64,000 nucleotides of DNA from the IMG/VR virus record IMGVR_UViG_3300025605_000004, positions 1 through 64,000 of that record. The stretch is one strand, 5' to 3'. Below are positions 53,883 through 63,499 of the stretch, piece after piece. The position numbers were made by a program, and so were the translations under genes. Source of the DNA: a virus. Lineage: Duplodnaviria > Caudoviricetes. The notes beneath the pieces are model-generated. The model was given only the letters and a program-made list of their open reading frames with translations. It searched no databases and had not been told where the DNA came from. The stretch's first letter is position 1. Each line of letters starts with the position of its first letter.

Positions 53883-56800
53883 TGACGAATATAAGCTGTG
53901 AACAGTTCGCCTGCGTCGTCTGCGGGTTCTGTAATAAGAAGCCTGGTAACAAGCCCGGAGAGTCCAACAAACCCCTCGGGAAGAAAACCGGAAGCAAGGG
54001 TAAAGACCGAGGCTTAGGAGATATGCAGCAAATAGCTGACGCCTCCATCGTCTTCGTGCTCGGCACCCTCGATGGTGTGAAGCAGTTGGATGTCTACTCA
54101 GGTAACAACGGCTACCACATGCACACAATCCCTGGCCGTAGATGGAAAAACCCTGTCAAGATTGGTGCGGGGTCTGGCCTGCTGGCTGTCGTAGACTCGT
54201 TCCAAGACAACGACATTATCCGTGTCACGGACAAATATGCCGGTGCCGGTAAAGATGCCTTCGATGCTAACGGGCAGCCCAAAGACGAGATAAATTGGGA
54301 GGAAGTCAAAGACATTTGCCAGATTCCGACCGAAAGTGGCTGTCGAGTTAAGGGTCTGACTATCTTGAGTCAGGGTATCCTCATAGCCACCATTGACGAC
54401 GGTTCCGGCGTAGGCAAGTTCCTGCGGGCCGATGTGTTTGGCCGGATGAACAACAAACCCAATGAAGCCTTTGAGGGAATCGTACAGATGTGGCCTGACG
54501 CAGTGAACTGCTATGGCCCGCTCAATGGTTCACCTGTTGCCAAAGAGACGGATATCCATGAAGACATCTTCTGCTTCCTGGCACTTGCAGAAGGAGACGA
54601 GGGTGCCTCCTGCTCAATCATTGATTGCAGGAATGGCAAGGTTCACGCCATGCTCGCTATGCCCAAGGGCCTAATGGGAGTGGCCTACTCCAACAACACG
54701 GTCACGGTAGCAACTGGTGAGGATGGTGTCGTAAAAACACTTTACCGGTTCATAATAGAGAAGGACACGTTCCTTATGACCGGAGCTATCTCAGTCAAAA
54801 ACTGCCCTGAACCGGAGGAATATACCGTCTCTGTCATGCCTGCCTACCAGGACTTCAAAAGCGAAGTTGGTGAAATACATGCAAACATCCGTAAGTATTG
54901 GAATATGGCCACTACGGTCAACGAGGGACGATTAGGGCCGGAACGTGTAATGCCGAATGAGGTCAATCTCAGGAAGCTCAAGGAACCGAAGTCTGCTACA
55001 GAGCTGAACGACAACCGGAAAAGTGTCATTGGAGAGATTAAGAGCAATGCCTATGGCGGTGCCTCAATCCCTATCACGGAAATCTCCTGCCCGGATGGTC
55101 TGAGACTTGTCGGCATCACCTCCAACTTTGGTGTCATAGCCGAATTGTTCCAGAGAGTCGATAATGAAGGCCAACCTAGTGTCACACAGCCCTTGTTCCG
55201 GCTCATACACGGTGACAACTATGACTTCCTCCTGGATGGTGGCTGGACATACGGTTCGCTGGACAAGGAGACCAAAGAAGAATATGCCATCACCAATGGC
55301 CTCGTAGGACTGGATATAGCCATTGACAAGGACTATGACTTCGGAAAGCTGAAAGGCGTAGACCTGAAAGTAGCAATGATAGACGACCTGACCGGCTTGA
55401 TGGTGTTTCGCACTCCAAAACCCCTGGGCAAGTATAAGCTCTACTCTGGCAAGTATGCGGGCCTCAAGCCTTATGACCCTACTGGTAAGACAATCAAGCG
55501 AACACAAGCTTCAAATGAACTGGATGCCATAGCAACAGAATTCGATGGTATTGCCCGACCGGAAAGGATGGCGAAGCGAGACCCGGAGACCCTGGAACCT
55601 GATGGCGACATGTATCCTGTCGCTGCCTTCGAGAATGATGAAGACTGCGATGAGGCATGGGCATTGTTTATGCGTCGTGTCCAGGCCCCGCGAAAGGTCA
55701 CCGTGACCCCGTGTGAACTTGAATGGAATATGCGGGAACTCGACCCCGTAGGAATGGGGCTTGGAGCTTGGTGGACGGAGTATCGTGACCTCAAATCCCC
55801 AATGAAGGTGAGTGGGCAGGAGGCTATGCACTATCCTCCAAGGTCACACAATACGAACCCTACCAAGTTCCAATACAGTGCTGGTGGAGGCTACTTCGTT
55901 CCTAACTGGCCGATGGAGAACACTACCGATTTTGCTGTCTGGGAGGAGCAGATTGCAGACCTCCAGGAGGAGAATGCACGTTTGGCTCAAACAGCGGGGA
56001 ATGAAGCCAAAATAGCGGCCAACAACGCTCAGATTGAACAACTCCGACAGAGGATGTCCGGCACCGACCCTGACACAGGAGAGCCGAGAAAACCCAGCCT
56101 TGTTGTTCGGGTGCCTAGTTCCGTCCTCAAGCATCAATTCAGCGGTCTTGAACTCAGTCCAGGGCAGATGTTCGACACTGAAAAGGGAACCTATGACAAA
56201 GAGCAGATGCGGGGCAAAAAGGTCTCACCGTGGGAAGTGACGACCATCGGAGAAGATGACAAGAAGAAACGAGCGGTCGCATTTACCTCCGATTGTAGGA
56301 CTTGGATAGTTATTGATGTAAAGCTGGACAGGGGCGGTGTCATCACTGATGGAGTATCTTCATGGACTCAGCCTGCGGCTCTGACCAACGGCCTTGGTGT
56401 CCCTGTAGGCGCATTCGACTTTGAAAGTATGCACTCTGAGTATGCACGGGCATTCAAGATAGTTGGCGGCAGTATCTATGAGTATGGCTACCGGTCTTAC
56501 TGGGATATGGACGGTGCTGAGGGTCGCTGGACTCTTGACATCGAGATTGACGGAACGGACTACCGGGTGCTCCAAAAACAAGGGAGGCTTCATAAGCCCA
56601 CTTACTGGGAGATATACTACCGTGCTCCCTTGGAAATGCAGCGGTATCTCCTTGAGATGTATACGCTGGGTATAGATGAGATGGTCGGAGTCACCCCAGA
56701 CCGAGGATGGCATCCAATCAGAATCTTCTACATGAAGGAACCAATAAAGTCAATCACCGTTACGGCCAAGCTCTGGAACGATGCTTTCGACGTATTCCGT

Positions 56801-57139
56801 GTAGGCGGGAGAACTATCGACATAGACGAAGCCGGGGGCAATCCGATATGCCCGAAAGCTGACCCCGGCTACAGAGCTGGAGACAACTGCGAAGGTTCTG
56901 CCTGCGGCAATTTAACCTGTGGCTCTGCGATGTTCGGTACCAGGCACAAGCTCTACTCCACTGACCCGACATATCCAGTAACTACCCAACTTGTCTGGGA
57001 AGGAAGGGCAACTTACACTTGGATAGATGACTGCCCATATGAGAAGCGGGGCATCCTCATGGGTAAGCTCTGGGACTGCTACATGGACTTTGACCTGAAC
57101 AACCCAATGAACGCTTTCGCCGTGGACATTCGACCATGA
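53882..57139 (+). CDS. Large tail-associated protein
   Basis: 1085 aa; Cys clusters at both ends; internal coiled coil. Confidence 0.55.
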   Translation: MTNISCEQFACVVCGFCNKKPGNKPGESNKPLGKKTGSKGKDRGLGDMQQIADASIVFVLGTLDGVKQLDVYSGNNGYHMHTIPGRRWKNPVKIGAGSGLLAVVDSFQDNDIIRVTDKYAGAGKDAFDANGQPKDEINWEEVKDICQIPTESGCRVKGLTILSQGILIATIDDGSGVGKFLRADVFGRMNNKPNEAFEGIVQMWPDAVNCYGPLNGSPVAKETDIHEDIFCFLALAEGDEGASCSIIDCRNGKVHAMLAMPKGLMGVAYSNNTVTVATGEDGVVKTLYRFIIEKDTFLMTGAISVKNCPEPEEYTVSVMPAYQDFKSEVGEIHANIRKYWNMATTVNEGRLGPERVMPNEVNLRKLKEPKSATELNDNRKSVIGEIKSNAYGGASIPITEISCPDGLRLVGITSNFGVIAELFQRVDNEGQPSVTQPLFRLIHGDNYDFLLDGGWTYGSLDKETKEEYAITNGLVGLDIAIDKDYDFGKLKGVDLKVAMIDDLTGLMVFRTPKPLGKYKLYSGKYAGLKPYDPTGKTIKRTQASNELDAIATEFDGIARPERMAKRDPETLEPDGDMYPVAAFENDEDCDEAWALFMRRVQAPRKVTVTPCELEWNMRELDPVGMGLGAWWTEYRDLKSPMKVSGQEAMHYPPRSHNTNPTKFQYSAGGGYFVPNWPMENTTDFAVWEEQIADLQEENARLAQTAGNEAKIAANNAQIEQLRQRMSGTDPDTGEPRKPSLVVRVPSSVLKHQFSGLELSPGQMFDTEKGTYDKEQMRGKKVSPWEVTTIGEDDKKKRAVAFTSDCRTWIVIDVKLDRGGVITDGVSSWTQPAALTNGLGVPVGAFDFESMHSEYARAFKIVGGSIYEYGYRSYWDMDGAEGRWTLDIEIDGTDYRVLQKQGRLHKPTYWEIYYRAPLEMQRYLLEMYTLGIDEMVGVTPDRGWHPIRIFYMKEPIKSITVTAKLWNDAFDVFRVGGRTIDIDEAGGNPICPKADPGYRAGDNCEGSACGNLTCGSAMFGTRHKLYSTDPTYPVTTQLVWEGRATYTWIDDCPYEKRGILMGKLWDCYMDFDLNNPMNAFAVDIRP

Positions 57140-58419
57140 GACTGACAACGACATTCAGAGACCTCATCTCCTACGAAGTAGATGAGAAAACTCTACAAGC
57201 TATAGAGAAGGTAACTGGTTCCAGGGCAACCTACGGCATCGACACGGAGATAAGCTTGGGAGACCTCCTAAACACTGTTTCCCTGCCCGTTATCTGCACC
57301 TTAATGGGCCTCTGCCGTGAGGACAGTAAGGCATTGCAGCAGAATATCGCTCTGGAACTTGTCCGAGCCAACATGTTCATCTGGGAGGCCAAGCTGGGTG
57401 GTGCTCCAATCTACCGGTTACTGGACTACTGTGCAGCCTTCCTTGAGGCCCCTACGGTCGAGGAAGAAGTGAGAAAAGACTACTGTGGCGACCCCATTCC
57501 CGGCAGCGGAATCGCTGACTGGAAGTCTCGTATTCTCGGGCAGATAGACTATGTGAACAGTCTAATAGAGGGCATAGACTCCTCGGAAAGCCCCAAATAC
57601 AGCTACTCCTACTGGATGACCAATGGTGCGCCCTATGATGAGGAAAGCTTCGACTACTGGGATTGGCTTGGAGCCGGTCGATGGGTAGTAGACCGAGAGC
57701 ATGTCAACCAGCGTGACCCGGTACACAACATTTACAGGGCAGGCAATCTGCCAGGCTACAACCCTAACCTAATGATAGATAATCAGCTATCTGAAGACCC
57801 GGACACATTCTTGAAGCAATCAGAACAGTATGACAATGTGATTGTGCCTAACTACACCGCCTACGCCAGTATCATCCGGGTAACCTGGGATAAGTCAGAC
57901 GGCTCTTTACCTGACCAAGGTGCCGAAGGTGCCCGACTTCTGGGCAATGCTGCCGTTTCTTGTGCTTTCGGCGTTGCCAACAATATCGGCCCCCTTGCAA
58001 GTGTGGTGAGCCTTATCAGGAGTGCCCGTGCCGGATATGTTGCCAGTGCCCGGTATCCCATAGCATCTCAGATGGCTCGCTTCAGGGCACTATCCCTTGA
58101 AGGTGTTTATGTCAATTCATACTCGGATGACCCGGCTATCCAGGAAGCGGAAAGACTCATCAAACAGGCAGGTGATGATTATCGAGTATCGTGCTTGAGA
58201 AATCCTGATTGGATTAAGTCTTACGATAAAGACCTGGATGGTAAGATGAGTGCATCTGAGCGAGCCAATATGGAAATAGACCTACGCAAAGGCATTAAGA
58301 ATATCCGAGAAGCAGCAGCGAAAAATGCCTATAATGAGGCCCTTGAACGTATGAATGCCCTCACTGAGATGGATTCAGAAAAACCGCTTGTGGACATCAT
58401 TCAACCCTACCTCTTATGA
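57136..58419 (+). CDS. Hypothetical protein with EF-hand-like loop
   Basis: DKDLDGKMSASE matches DxDxDG..S..E. Confidence 0.55.
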   Translation: MRLTTTFRDLISYEVDEKTLQAIEKVTGSRATYGIDTEISLGDLLNTVSLPVICTLMGLCREDSKALQQNIALELVRANMFIWEAKLGGAPIYRLLDYCAAFLEAPTVEEEVRKDYCGDPIPGSGIADWKSRILGQIDYVNSLIEGIDSSESPKYSYSYWMTNGAPYDEESFDYWDWLGAGRWVVDREHVNQRDPVHNIYRAGNLPGYNPNLMIDNQLSEDPDTFLKQSEQYDNVIVPNYTAYASIIRVTWDKSDGSLPDQGAEGARLLGNAAVSCAFGVANNIGPLASVVSLIRSARAGYVASARYPIASQMARFRALSLEGVYVNSYSDDPAIQEAERLIKQAGDDYRVSCLRNPDWIKSYDKDLDGKMSASERANMEIDLRKGIKNIREAAAKNAYNEALERMNALTEMDSEKPLVDIIQPYLL

Positions 58420-58431
58420 TAAAATGCCAGT

Positions 58432-58827
58432 ATGAAAGCGGCAAAACGTATCTCCGATATACTCCTGCGGTCTGACACCGAATACACTGAGTTCATACTG
58501 GGAATCATCTCGTTCCTAACAGGCATTTGGCTATTCCTGCCATTCTGCCACCCTTATTTCATCGGAACTATGGGCCAAGCCGCCAAGCCCGAAGTTTGGG
58601 GCACAATGTTGGTGTTCTCAGGGGTTACCAAGTTCATCGGAGTGCTTCGAGGCAGGCTAGGACTTAGACAAGTATCCTGTTTCCTGGCCCTTCTAGTCTG
58701 GTGGTTCCTCGGTGTTGTTTTCGTTACAGGCCCATGCCTGACAAACCCGCTTGGACTGCTCATGTTCGTCTTTGGCATGTTCAATGCGTTCATCTACATC
58801 AAACTCACGTTAGTTGCTCGGCCATGA
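58432..58827 (+). CDS. Four-TM membrane protein, holin candidate
   Basis: Four hydrophobic segments; TGATAAAAT 6 nt upstream of ATG. Confidence 0.55.
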   Translation: MKAAKRISDILLRSDTEYTEFILGIISFLTGIWLFLPFCHPYFIGTMGQAAKPEVWGTMLVFSGVTKFIGVLRGRLGLRQVSCFLALLVWWFLGVVFVTGPCLTNPLGLLMFVFGMFNAFIYIKLTLVARP

Positions 58828-59135
58828 ATGAATATATAACCCCGGCAGCGGTAGGCATACTGGGCGGCCTGGCTGTCCAGTTGATAAGCGTCCTACTGCA
58901 AAGAAAGAAGATAACTGTAGATGACAACGCTTCTCTGCGGGCTGCCCTCATGGATGAGCGTAAGGGCCTTGTTGCAGAGATTCAGAACCTATCTGACCGA
59001 TGTAAGAAGCTCGAAGATGAGCTACAGACGGCTAAGGAAGAAATTATCGAACTCAAGCAAAAGAATGCAGAGCTTGAGATTGAGATACGTGAATTGAGAG
59101 GCAACAATGAAGATTCCAAGACCCCAGATACTTAA
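58824..59135 (+). CDS. Single-TM plus coiled-coil protein (holin/antiholin-like)
   Basis: ATGA overlap at 58824; TM segment then heptad repeats. Confidence 0.6.
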   Translation: MNEYITPAAVGILGGLAVQLISVLLQRKKITVDDNASLRAALMDERKGLVAEIQNLSDRCKKLEDELQTAKEEIIELKQKNAELEIEIRELRGNNEDSKTPDT

Positions 59136-59349
59136 CTCCGAAGGCGAACGTCAAGAGGAGTTCTCCACATATTGCCCCAAATGCGGTTGCCACAAGATTG
59201 CTAAGAAAGAACTGGGAGGCCATGACTTCGATGAAAATGGCTGGTACCAGATACAGAACTTCCAATGCCTCGACCCTAAATGCTTGCATAAGTGGGGAGA
59301 GAAGGTCATCATAGCTACTGGTGGCACTACGTTTAAGCACTCAATCTAA
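59107..59349 (+). CDS. Zinc-ribbon protein
   Basis: CPKC...CLDPKC.H.W. Confidence 0.6.
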   Translation: MKIPRPQILNSEGERQEEFSTYCPKCGCHKIAKKELGGHDFDENGWYQIQNFQCLDPKCLHKWGEKVIIATGGTTFKHSI

Positions 59350-59405
59350 AATCACGCATTTGTACTAGCTTCCAACCTTGGCGATTATGTGCTATACTAC
59401 TGGTG

Positions 59406-59855
59406 ATGATACGGACACTTGCGATTGCGGCAATGTTTCTAGTTTTCTCACCGACAACAGTAAATAGGTCGTACCATGAGAAACATATAGTAACGCCAAG
59501 ACCGAGCCTTCAGCAAACAGAGGAAAAGGATAAAGAGCCGCACTGGAATACAGGCACGGTCACAGTCTATGCAGACTACTTCGAGGGCAGGCCCATGGCG
59601 AACGGGAAGACCTTCCGGCATCGTGACAGGGTTGTAGCCTGTAAGGGCGGGCAGCTTAACCGGAAGGTGGAAATACGCTATGGGCAAAATGGTAAATCCA
59701 CCGTCGTTGTCTGCGACCGGGGAAGATTGCCTCTACACCGTGAAGACTGCTGGCAATTCGACGTTACAAAGACTGTGGCCCGAGACCTGGGCTTATACCG
59801 ACTGACGAAAGACGGTCGGACTGACCGGAAGATAAGTTGGAGGTATGTGGATTGA
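59406..59855 (+). CDS. RlpA-like double-psi beta-barrel lytic transglycosylase with signal peptide
   Basis: G.V.VY...EGRPMANG..F, V.V.DRG, DVTK.VA..LG. Confidence 0.75.
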   Translation: MIRTLAIAAMFLVFSPTTVNRSYHEKHIVTPRPSLQQTEEKDKEPHWNTGTVTVYADYFEGRPMANGKTFRHRDRVVACKGGQLNRKVEIRYGQNGKSTVVVCDRGRLPLHREDCWQFDVTKTVARDLGLYRLTKDGRTDRKISWRYVD

Positions 59856-60112
59856 AGCTGTTTTGGCTTGGGGCCATTCTAGGCCCTTTAGTATGGTATG
59901 TCGTCCTCAAGACCGTCTGGTTTATCTTCATCAAGCAGTGGAGAGCGATTAAGGACTGGTACCTTGGCCTGCCGCTCGTGCAGTGGCCTGCGATGCTGTT
60001 GCTCATCATCGGCACAAAGGTCATCCGCAAGAAGCACTGTGAAGTGATGAGATACAACGGGCGAATCTGGTATTCCCCAAAGGTTGCCGGATTCGTGATT
60101 GAAGACGACTAG
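59852..60112 (+). CDS. Small membrane protein
   Basis: Hydrophobic segments; GGAGG upstream; exact start uncertain. Confidence 0.45.
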   Translation: MKLFWLGAILGPLVWYVVLKTVWFIFIKQWRAIKDWYLGLPLVQWPAMLLLIIGTKVIRKKHCEVMRYNGRIWYSPKVAGFVIEDD

Positions 60113-60117
60113 AGAGT

Positions 60118-60261
60118 TGGAGGTCACCGGCTGTCTCCCAACAGTGGGAGGCTGACGGCCTTGTTCAAGGCAGCCGTAAATGCAGACGGGTCGTCATTGC
60201 TCGTTAAACATCCTGCGGTCGGGTGTGTGCTGCAACGTAATCCCGGTACCGGCGACCTCCA
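60118..60261 (+). ncRNA. Unassigned multi-stem structured RNA
   Basis: Closing stem TGGAGGTCACCGG / CCGGCGACCTCCA enclosing four hairpins; strand inferred from context. Confidence 0.55.
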
Positions 60262-60277
60262 CACCTAACAATTTCAC

Positions 60278-60351
60278 TTCCCGGTAGTGCAATGGCAGCA
60301 CATGAGGCTTTGGCCCTCATAATCCTCGTTCGAGTCGGGGCCGGGAAGCCA
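60278..60351 (+). tRNA. trnQ: tRNA-Gln (TTG)
   Basis: Acceptor TTCCCGG/CCGGGAA, anticodon arm TGAGG-CTTTGGC-CCTCA, T-loop TTCGAGT, G discriminator, encoded CCA. Confidence 0.93.
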
Positions 60352-60370
60352 TTCTTACTGGAGGCAACGG

Positions 60371-61600
60371 TTGTATCCTATGATTATCTATGAAACTCCC
60401 GTTCTGGAGTGCTTGAATAAAAAAGGTCAGCGACAGTTCTGGCAAGCTGTCGGATGCAGAAAAGAAACAGAAGCTCAGGAAGGAGCCTCCCTCGAAATCT
60501 GCACTTGTTATTACTATTATACCCTTACCTGGCACGAACTGTCTGACGGCACACTCTCAGCCCGCACGAACTCCGTTCCTACCAAAGTCATCGGCAAGAA
60601 CATAGGCCGGGCAAACGAAACCACGGACGAGGAACAACTGATATTCGAGATTGGCATCCTGGAACGCAAGAAGCGTGAGGAAGGTTATCACGAAGAAGGA
60701 CAGGAACCCTCAACAGTATATCCTCTGCCAATGCTGGCCCACACTTACTTCGACACAATAGGCTCCAATGGCAAAATCAAGAAAGGCCACAAGTCAAAGA
60801 TAGTCTGGCCCTGCTACGCACAGCCTAAGTATGATGGTTTCCGCTGCCTGATGAGTGGACGCAAAGGGTGTGCCTGGAGCAGAAAAGGCAAGCTCTGGAA
60901 ACCCGAAGTGATGGCTCACCTGATGTTCGACACCAACGGGAGCATCCTGGACGGCGAGTTGATGCTACCCCTAGACATGGAGTTCGAGCTTTTAAAGACA
61001 GCCACCAGCAACTATGTTGAGGGTCTGACCGACAAAGTAGGCTACCACGTCTATGACTGCCTCCCAGATGGAGAGAACATCACCGAGGAGACTCCATACG
61101 AAGACAGATATCGGTATCTTCAGTATCTATTCAACTCTGCCGAGACTGCTGGACTGCTGCCGGAGAACGTCTACCTCGTCAAATCCACCCTCTGCGAGAG
61201 TGCTGAACACGCCGAGGAAGTTCTCCTGCCCAAAGCCCTGAAGTTTGGCTATGAGGGAATTATGCTTCGCAACGCCAAGGCCCCTTATATTCTAAAGCAT
61301 CGAAGCTACGACCTTCAGAAAGTCAAGCTGTTCCAGGAAGCGGAGTTCAAGATTATCAACTGTGTGGACGGCAAGGGCAGCGATGAGGAGGCCATCATGT
61401 ACGTCTGCGTCAACAAAGATGGCCGAGAGTTCAACGTGAGACCCAAAGGCAGCATCCCAAGCAGGAAGAAGCTCTGGTATGAGTTCTGCGTGGGCACCTT
61501 TAACCCCATCGGCAAGATGCTCACAGTGGAGTTCTTTGAATACACCAAGTACGGGGTTCCACGGTTCCCTAAAGGTAAAATAATCCGAGACTACGAGTAA
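60371..61600 (+). CDS. ATP-dependent DNA ligase
   Basis: QPKYDGFR, LDGEL, YHVYD, EGIMLR, KVK, VPRFP. Confidence 0.93.
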   Translation: MYPMIIYETPVLECLNKKGQRQFWQAVGCRKETEAQEGASLEICTCYYYYTLTWHELSDGTLSARTNSVPTKVIGKNIGRANETTDEEQLIFEIGILERKKREEGYHEEGQEPSTVYPLPMLAHTYFDTIGSNGKIKKGHKSKIVWPCYAQPKYDGFRCLMSGRKGCAWSRKGKLWKPEVMAHLMFDTNGSILDGELMLPLDMEFELLKTATSNYVEGLTDKVGYHVYDCLPDGENITEETPYEDRYRYLQYLFNSAETAGLLPENVYLVKSTLCESAEHAEEVLLPKALKFGYEGIMLRNAKAPYILKHRSYDLQKVKLFQEAEFKIINCVDGKGSDEEAIMYVCVNKDGREFNVRPKGSIPSRKKLWYEFCVGTFNPIGKMLTVEFFEYTKYGVPRFPKGKIIRDYE

Positions 61601-61649
61601 AAAATGCCAAGAAACCCGATTATCAGACAACGGAGGTAAGAAAACCGCA

Positions 61650-61883
61650 ATGAATAAGAAGCCATCATTAACATTTGTACTCGACGGAGCTTCTTTGCTA
61701 GTCGGGGTCACTAATACCGACGGTATCTTTGAACCCTGCGGGATAATTCCTGCCGATGCGCTGGAGGAACTGTCTTGCGTCAAAGACGGCAAGCGACATC
61801 GGTTTATCCCCAAAGATGGCATAATTCAGCACATAGAGGAAGACAAATGGTACAGAAGCGGAGTTATAGAAAGAGGAAACTGA
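61650..61883 (+). CDS. Hypothetical protein
   Basis: GGAGGT SD. Confidence 0.55.
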   Translation: MNKKPSLTFVLDGASLLVGVTNTDGIFEPCGIIPADALEELSCVKDGKRHRFIPKDGIIQHIEEDKWYRSGVIERGN

Positions 61884-61887
61884 GTAA

Positions 61888-62079
61888 ATGGCTATCTATC
61901 ACTATTCATTCTACACACAGAATCCAACCTCGGAAAACGAGGAACCTGACCAAGTTGGCACCATCGAGGCCGACAGTCAGAGCCAAGCACTGATGAAGCT
62001 TGCCAAGAAACACGGACGGCTCATCAAGCCCCGTGTAGTAAGTGAAGCAGAGCAGTGGGGAGGTAGTAAGAAGCGATGA
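61888..62079 (+). CDS. Hypothetical protein
   Basis: Packed small ORF. Confidence 0.5.
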   Translation: MAIYHYSFYTQNPTSENEEPDQVGTIEADSQSQALMKLAKKHGRLIKPRVVSEAEQWGGSKKR

Positions 62080-62100
62080 TGACCTGTCGGAAAAAAGTCG

Positions 62101-62298
62101 ATGAGCGAACGGGCTAAAGTTGTGTTGGAGGCCATCGAAGAAGCCAAGGCTGCCGGTCTCGACCATCTCACACTCAAACTCGATGATGACGAAGACTTGT
62201 TTACAGAGCTTACGAGTTTGGGGCTATCTGTCGAGAATTGTGCGCCGGGCGAATATCATGTTTCCTGGATGGCCCCTTGCCAAGACACAGGGAGTTAA
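62101..62298 (+). CDS. Hypothetical protein
   Basis: Packed small ORF. Confidence 0.5.
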   Translation: MSERAKVVLEAIEEAKAAGLDHLTLKLDDDEDLFTELTSLGLSVENCAPGEYHVSWMAPCQDTGS

Positions 62299-62317
62299 TA
62301 TAAAATGCAGAGAGGCG

Positions 62318-62446
62318 GTGATAGTAGATACAAGGGAGGTAGAAGCCCTTGACCTTTGCTTCGGTGATGAGCGTGTGGCCGAAGCTTATGAGGAAGCAGC
62401 GCGACATTGTGAAGCTTTCCCAGAGAACGTTTACACGCTAAGTTAG
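62318..62446 (+). CDS. Small hypothetical protein
   Basis: 3' part of ORF 62120..62446; GAGG before GTG 62318. Confidence 0.4.
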   Translation: MIVDTREVEALDLCFGDERVAEAYEEAARHCEAFPENVYTLS

Positions 62447-62457
62447 GAGGAAACGGT

Positions 62458-62796
62458 ATGAACGAGCGCGACATAAAAGAAGAAATACTGACCCAGCTAT
62501 TCGGGCCGCCTTATTGGGCACTTACGGTGCCCGAAGAAGTTGTGGTTATAGAAGGCTATGGTGACTTCTACACTCACAAGCGGTCTGAAGATAAGCTGAA
62601 CCCAGTAATCGTCTTCTCGGATGAGGAGATAGCATGGCAATTCATTGAGGCCCTAGAAGACAATGAGTATCGACCCCGGCGAATGCTGAAGCAGGAAGTC
62701 ATTGACTACGTGCTGAAGTATCAGCCACTCGTTGATGCCCTGGTGCTCCTGGACATACCGGAGAGACCGGTGTTTCAGCAAATCAAAGACCTGTAG
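62458..62796 (+). CDS. Hypothetical protein
   Basis: AGGAGG SD. Confidence 0.65.
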   Translation: MNERDIKEEILTQLFGPPYWALTVPEEVVVIEGYGDFYTHKRSEDKLNPVIVFSDEEIAWQFIEALEDNEYRPRRMLKQEVIDYVLKYQPLVDALVLLDIPERPVFQQIKDL

Positions 62797-62801
62797 GTAT
62801 A

Positions 62802-62829
62802 GTAAACCCTCGGTTAGCCGGGGGTTTAC
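62802..62829 (+). terminator. Hairpin ending the + strand transcription unit
   Basis: GTAAACCCTCGG...CCGGGGGTTTAC. Confidence 0.6.
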
Positions 62830-62847
62830 CTGTAGCTGGGGGTTTCG

Positions 62848-62906
62848 GTTAAGGCTGTAAGTCTGTTAAGGCTGTAAGTCTGTTAAGGCTGTAAATCTGT
62901 TAAGGC
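62848..62906. repeat. 17-bp tandem repeat, 3.5 copies
   Basis: GTTAAGGCTGTAARTCT at 62848, 62865 and 62882, partial at 62899. Confidence 0.95.
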
Positions 62907-63013
62907 GCAGGACAATTTCCGCCGTGGTCAGAGTGTAAGGGGTGCTCCGGCCCTCGTGAGATTACTGGGGTATAGGGGATTTGCCCTGGTACTTTTACTA
63001 GGTTTTTTGATAT

Positions 63014-63040
63014 AGAAGAAACCCAGTATTTCTACTGGGC
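63014..63040 (-). terminator. Terminator for the minus-strand genes
   Basis: Minus strand CCCAGTA-GAAA-TACTGGG then TTTCTTCT. Confidence 0.7.
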
Positions 63041-63055
63041 TTCAGGGAATATGTG

Positions 63056-63412
63056 TCAGAACTTTGACAAAAATTCTTTGAATCTTCTTACCATGGTTTT
63101 GTCATTGTGACGCCATTGTAACAACTTGCGTATAGGCATCTTAACATCCTGCCATACCTTTGACAATTGCAGGGCCGTTTTCTCCCAATCGCTCAAATCC
63201 GCATCAATTATGGCGTTTAAGTACTTCTCGCCAATCGGCTTACCCGTTAAACGCTGATATACTTCGCAGGGCCTAATATCTAGTACTGCTTGTATATCTT
63301 CCTCTGAGGATACTGCTAGAATTGCTAGGGATTTCAGGATTATATCAGCAGAATGGAACTTCTGATACTGGCCCTTCCCCTCCATGTTTAACTTGTGGTA
63401 CTTGCTAGTCAT
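63056..63412 (-). CDS. Hypothetical protein
   Basis: GGAGG SD on the minus strand. Confidence 0.65.
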   Translation of the reverse strand: MTSKYHKLNMEGKGQYQKFHSADIILKSLAILAVSSEEDIQAVLDIRPCEVYQRLTGKPIGEKYLNAIIDADLSDWEKTALQLSKVWQDVKMPIRKLLQWRHNDKTMVRRFKEFLSKF

Positions 63413-63499
63413 GTTACTACCTCCGTTAGAATTGTGCTTACGTATACATTATTCCATGTATACAGTAGATAGTTAACTGTAAAAAATACTAGGTTTTGC

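Noticed and set aside
60118-60261. tmRNA or second tRNA
   Set aside because: No T-loop consensus or CCA end, and the length fits neither.
62848-62906. CRISPR mini-array
   Set aside because: The repeats are directly adjacent with no unique spacers.
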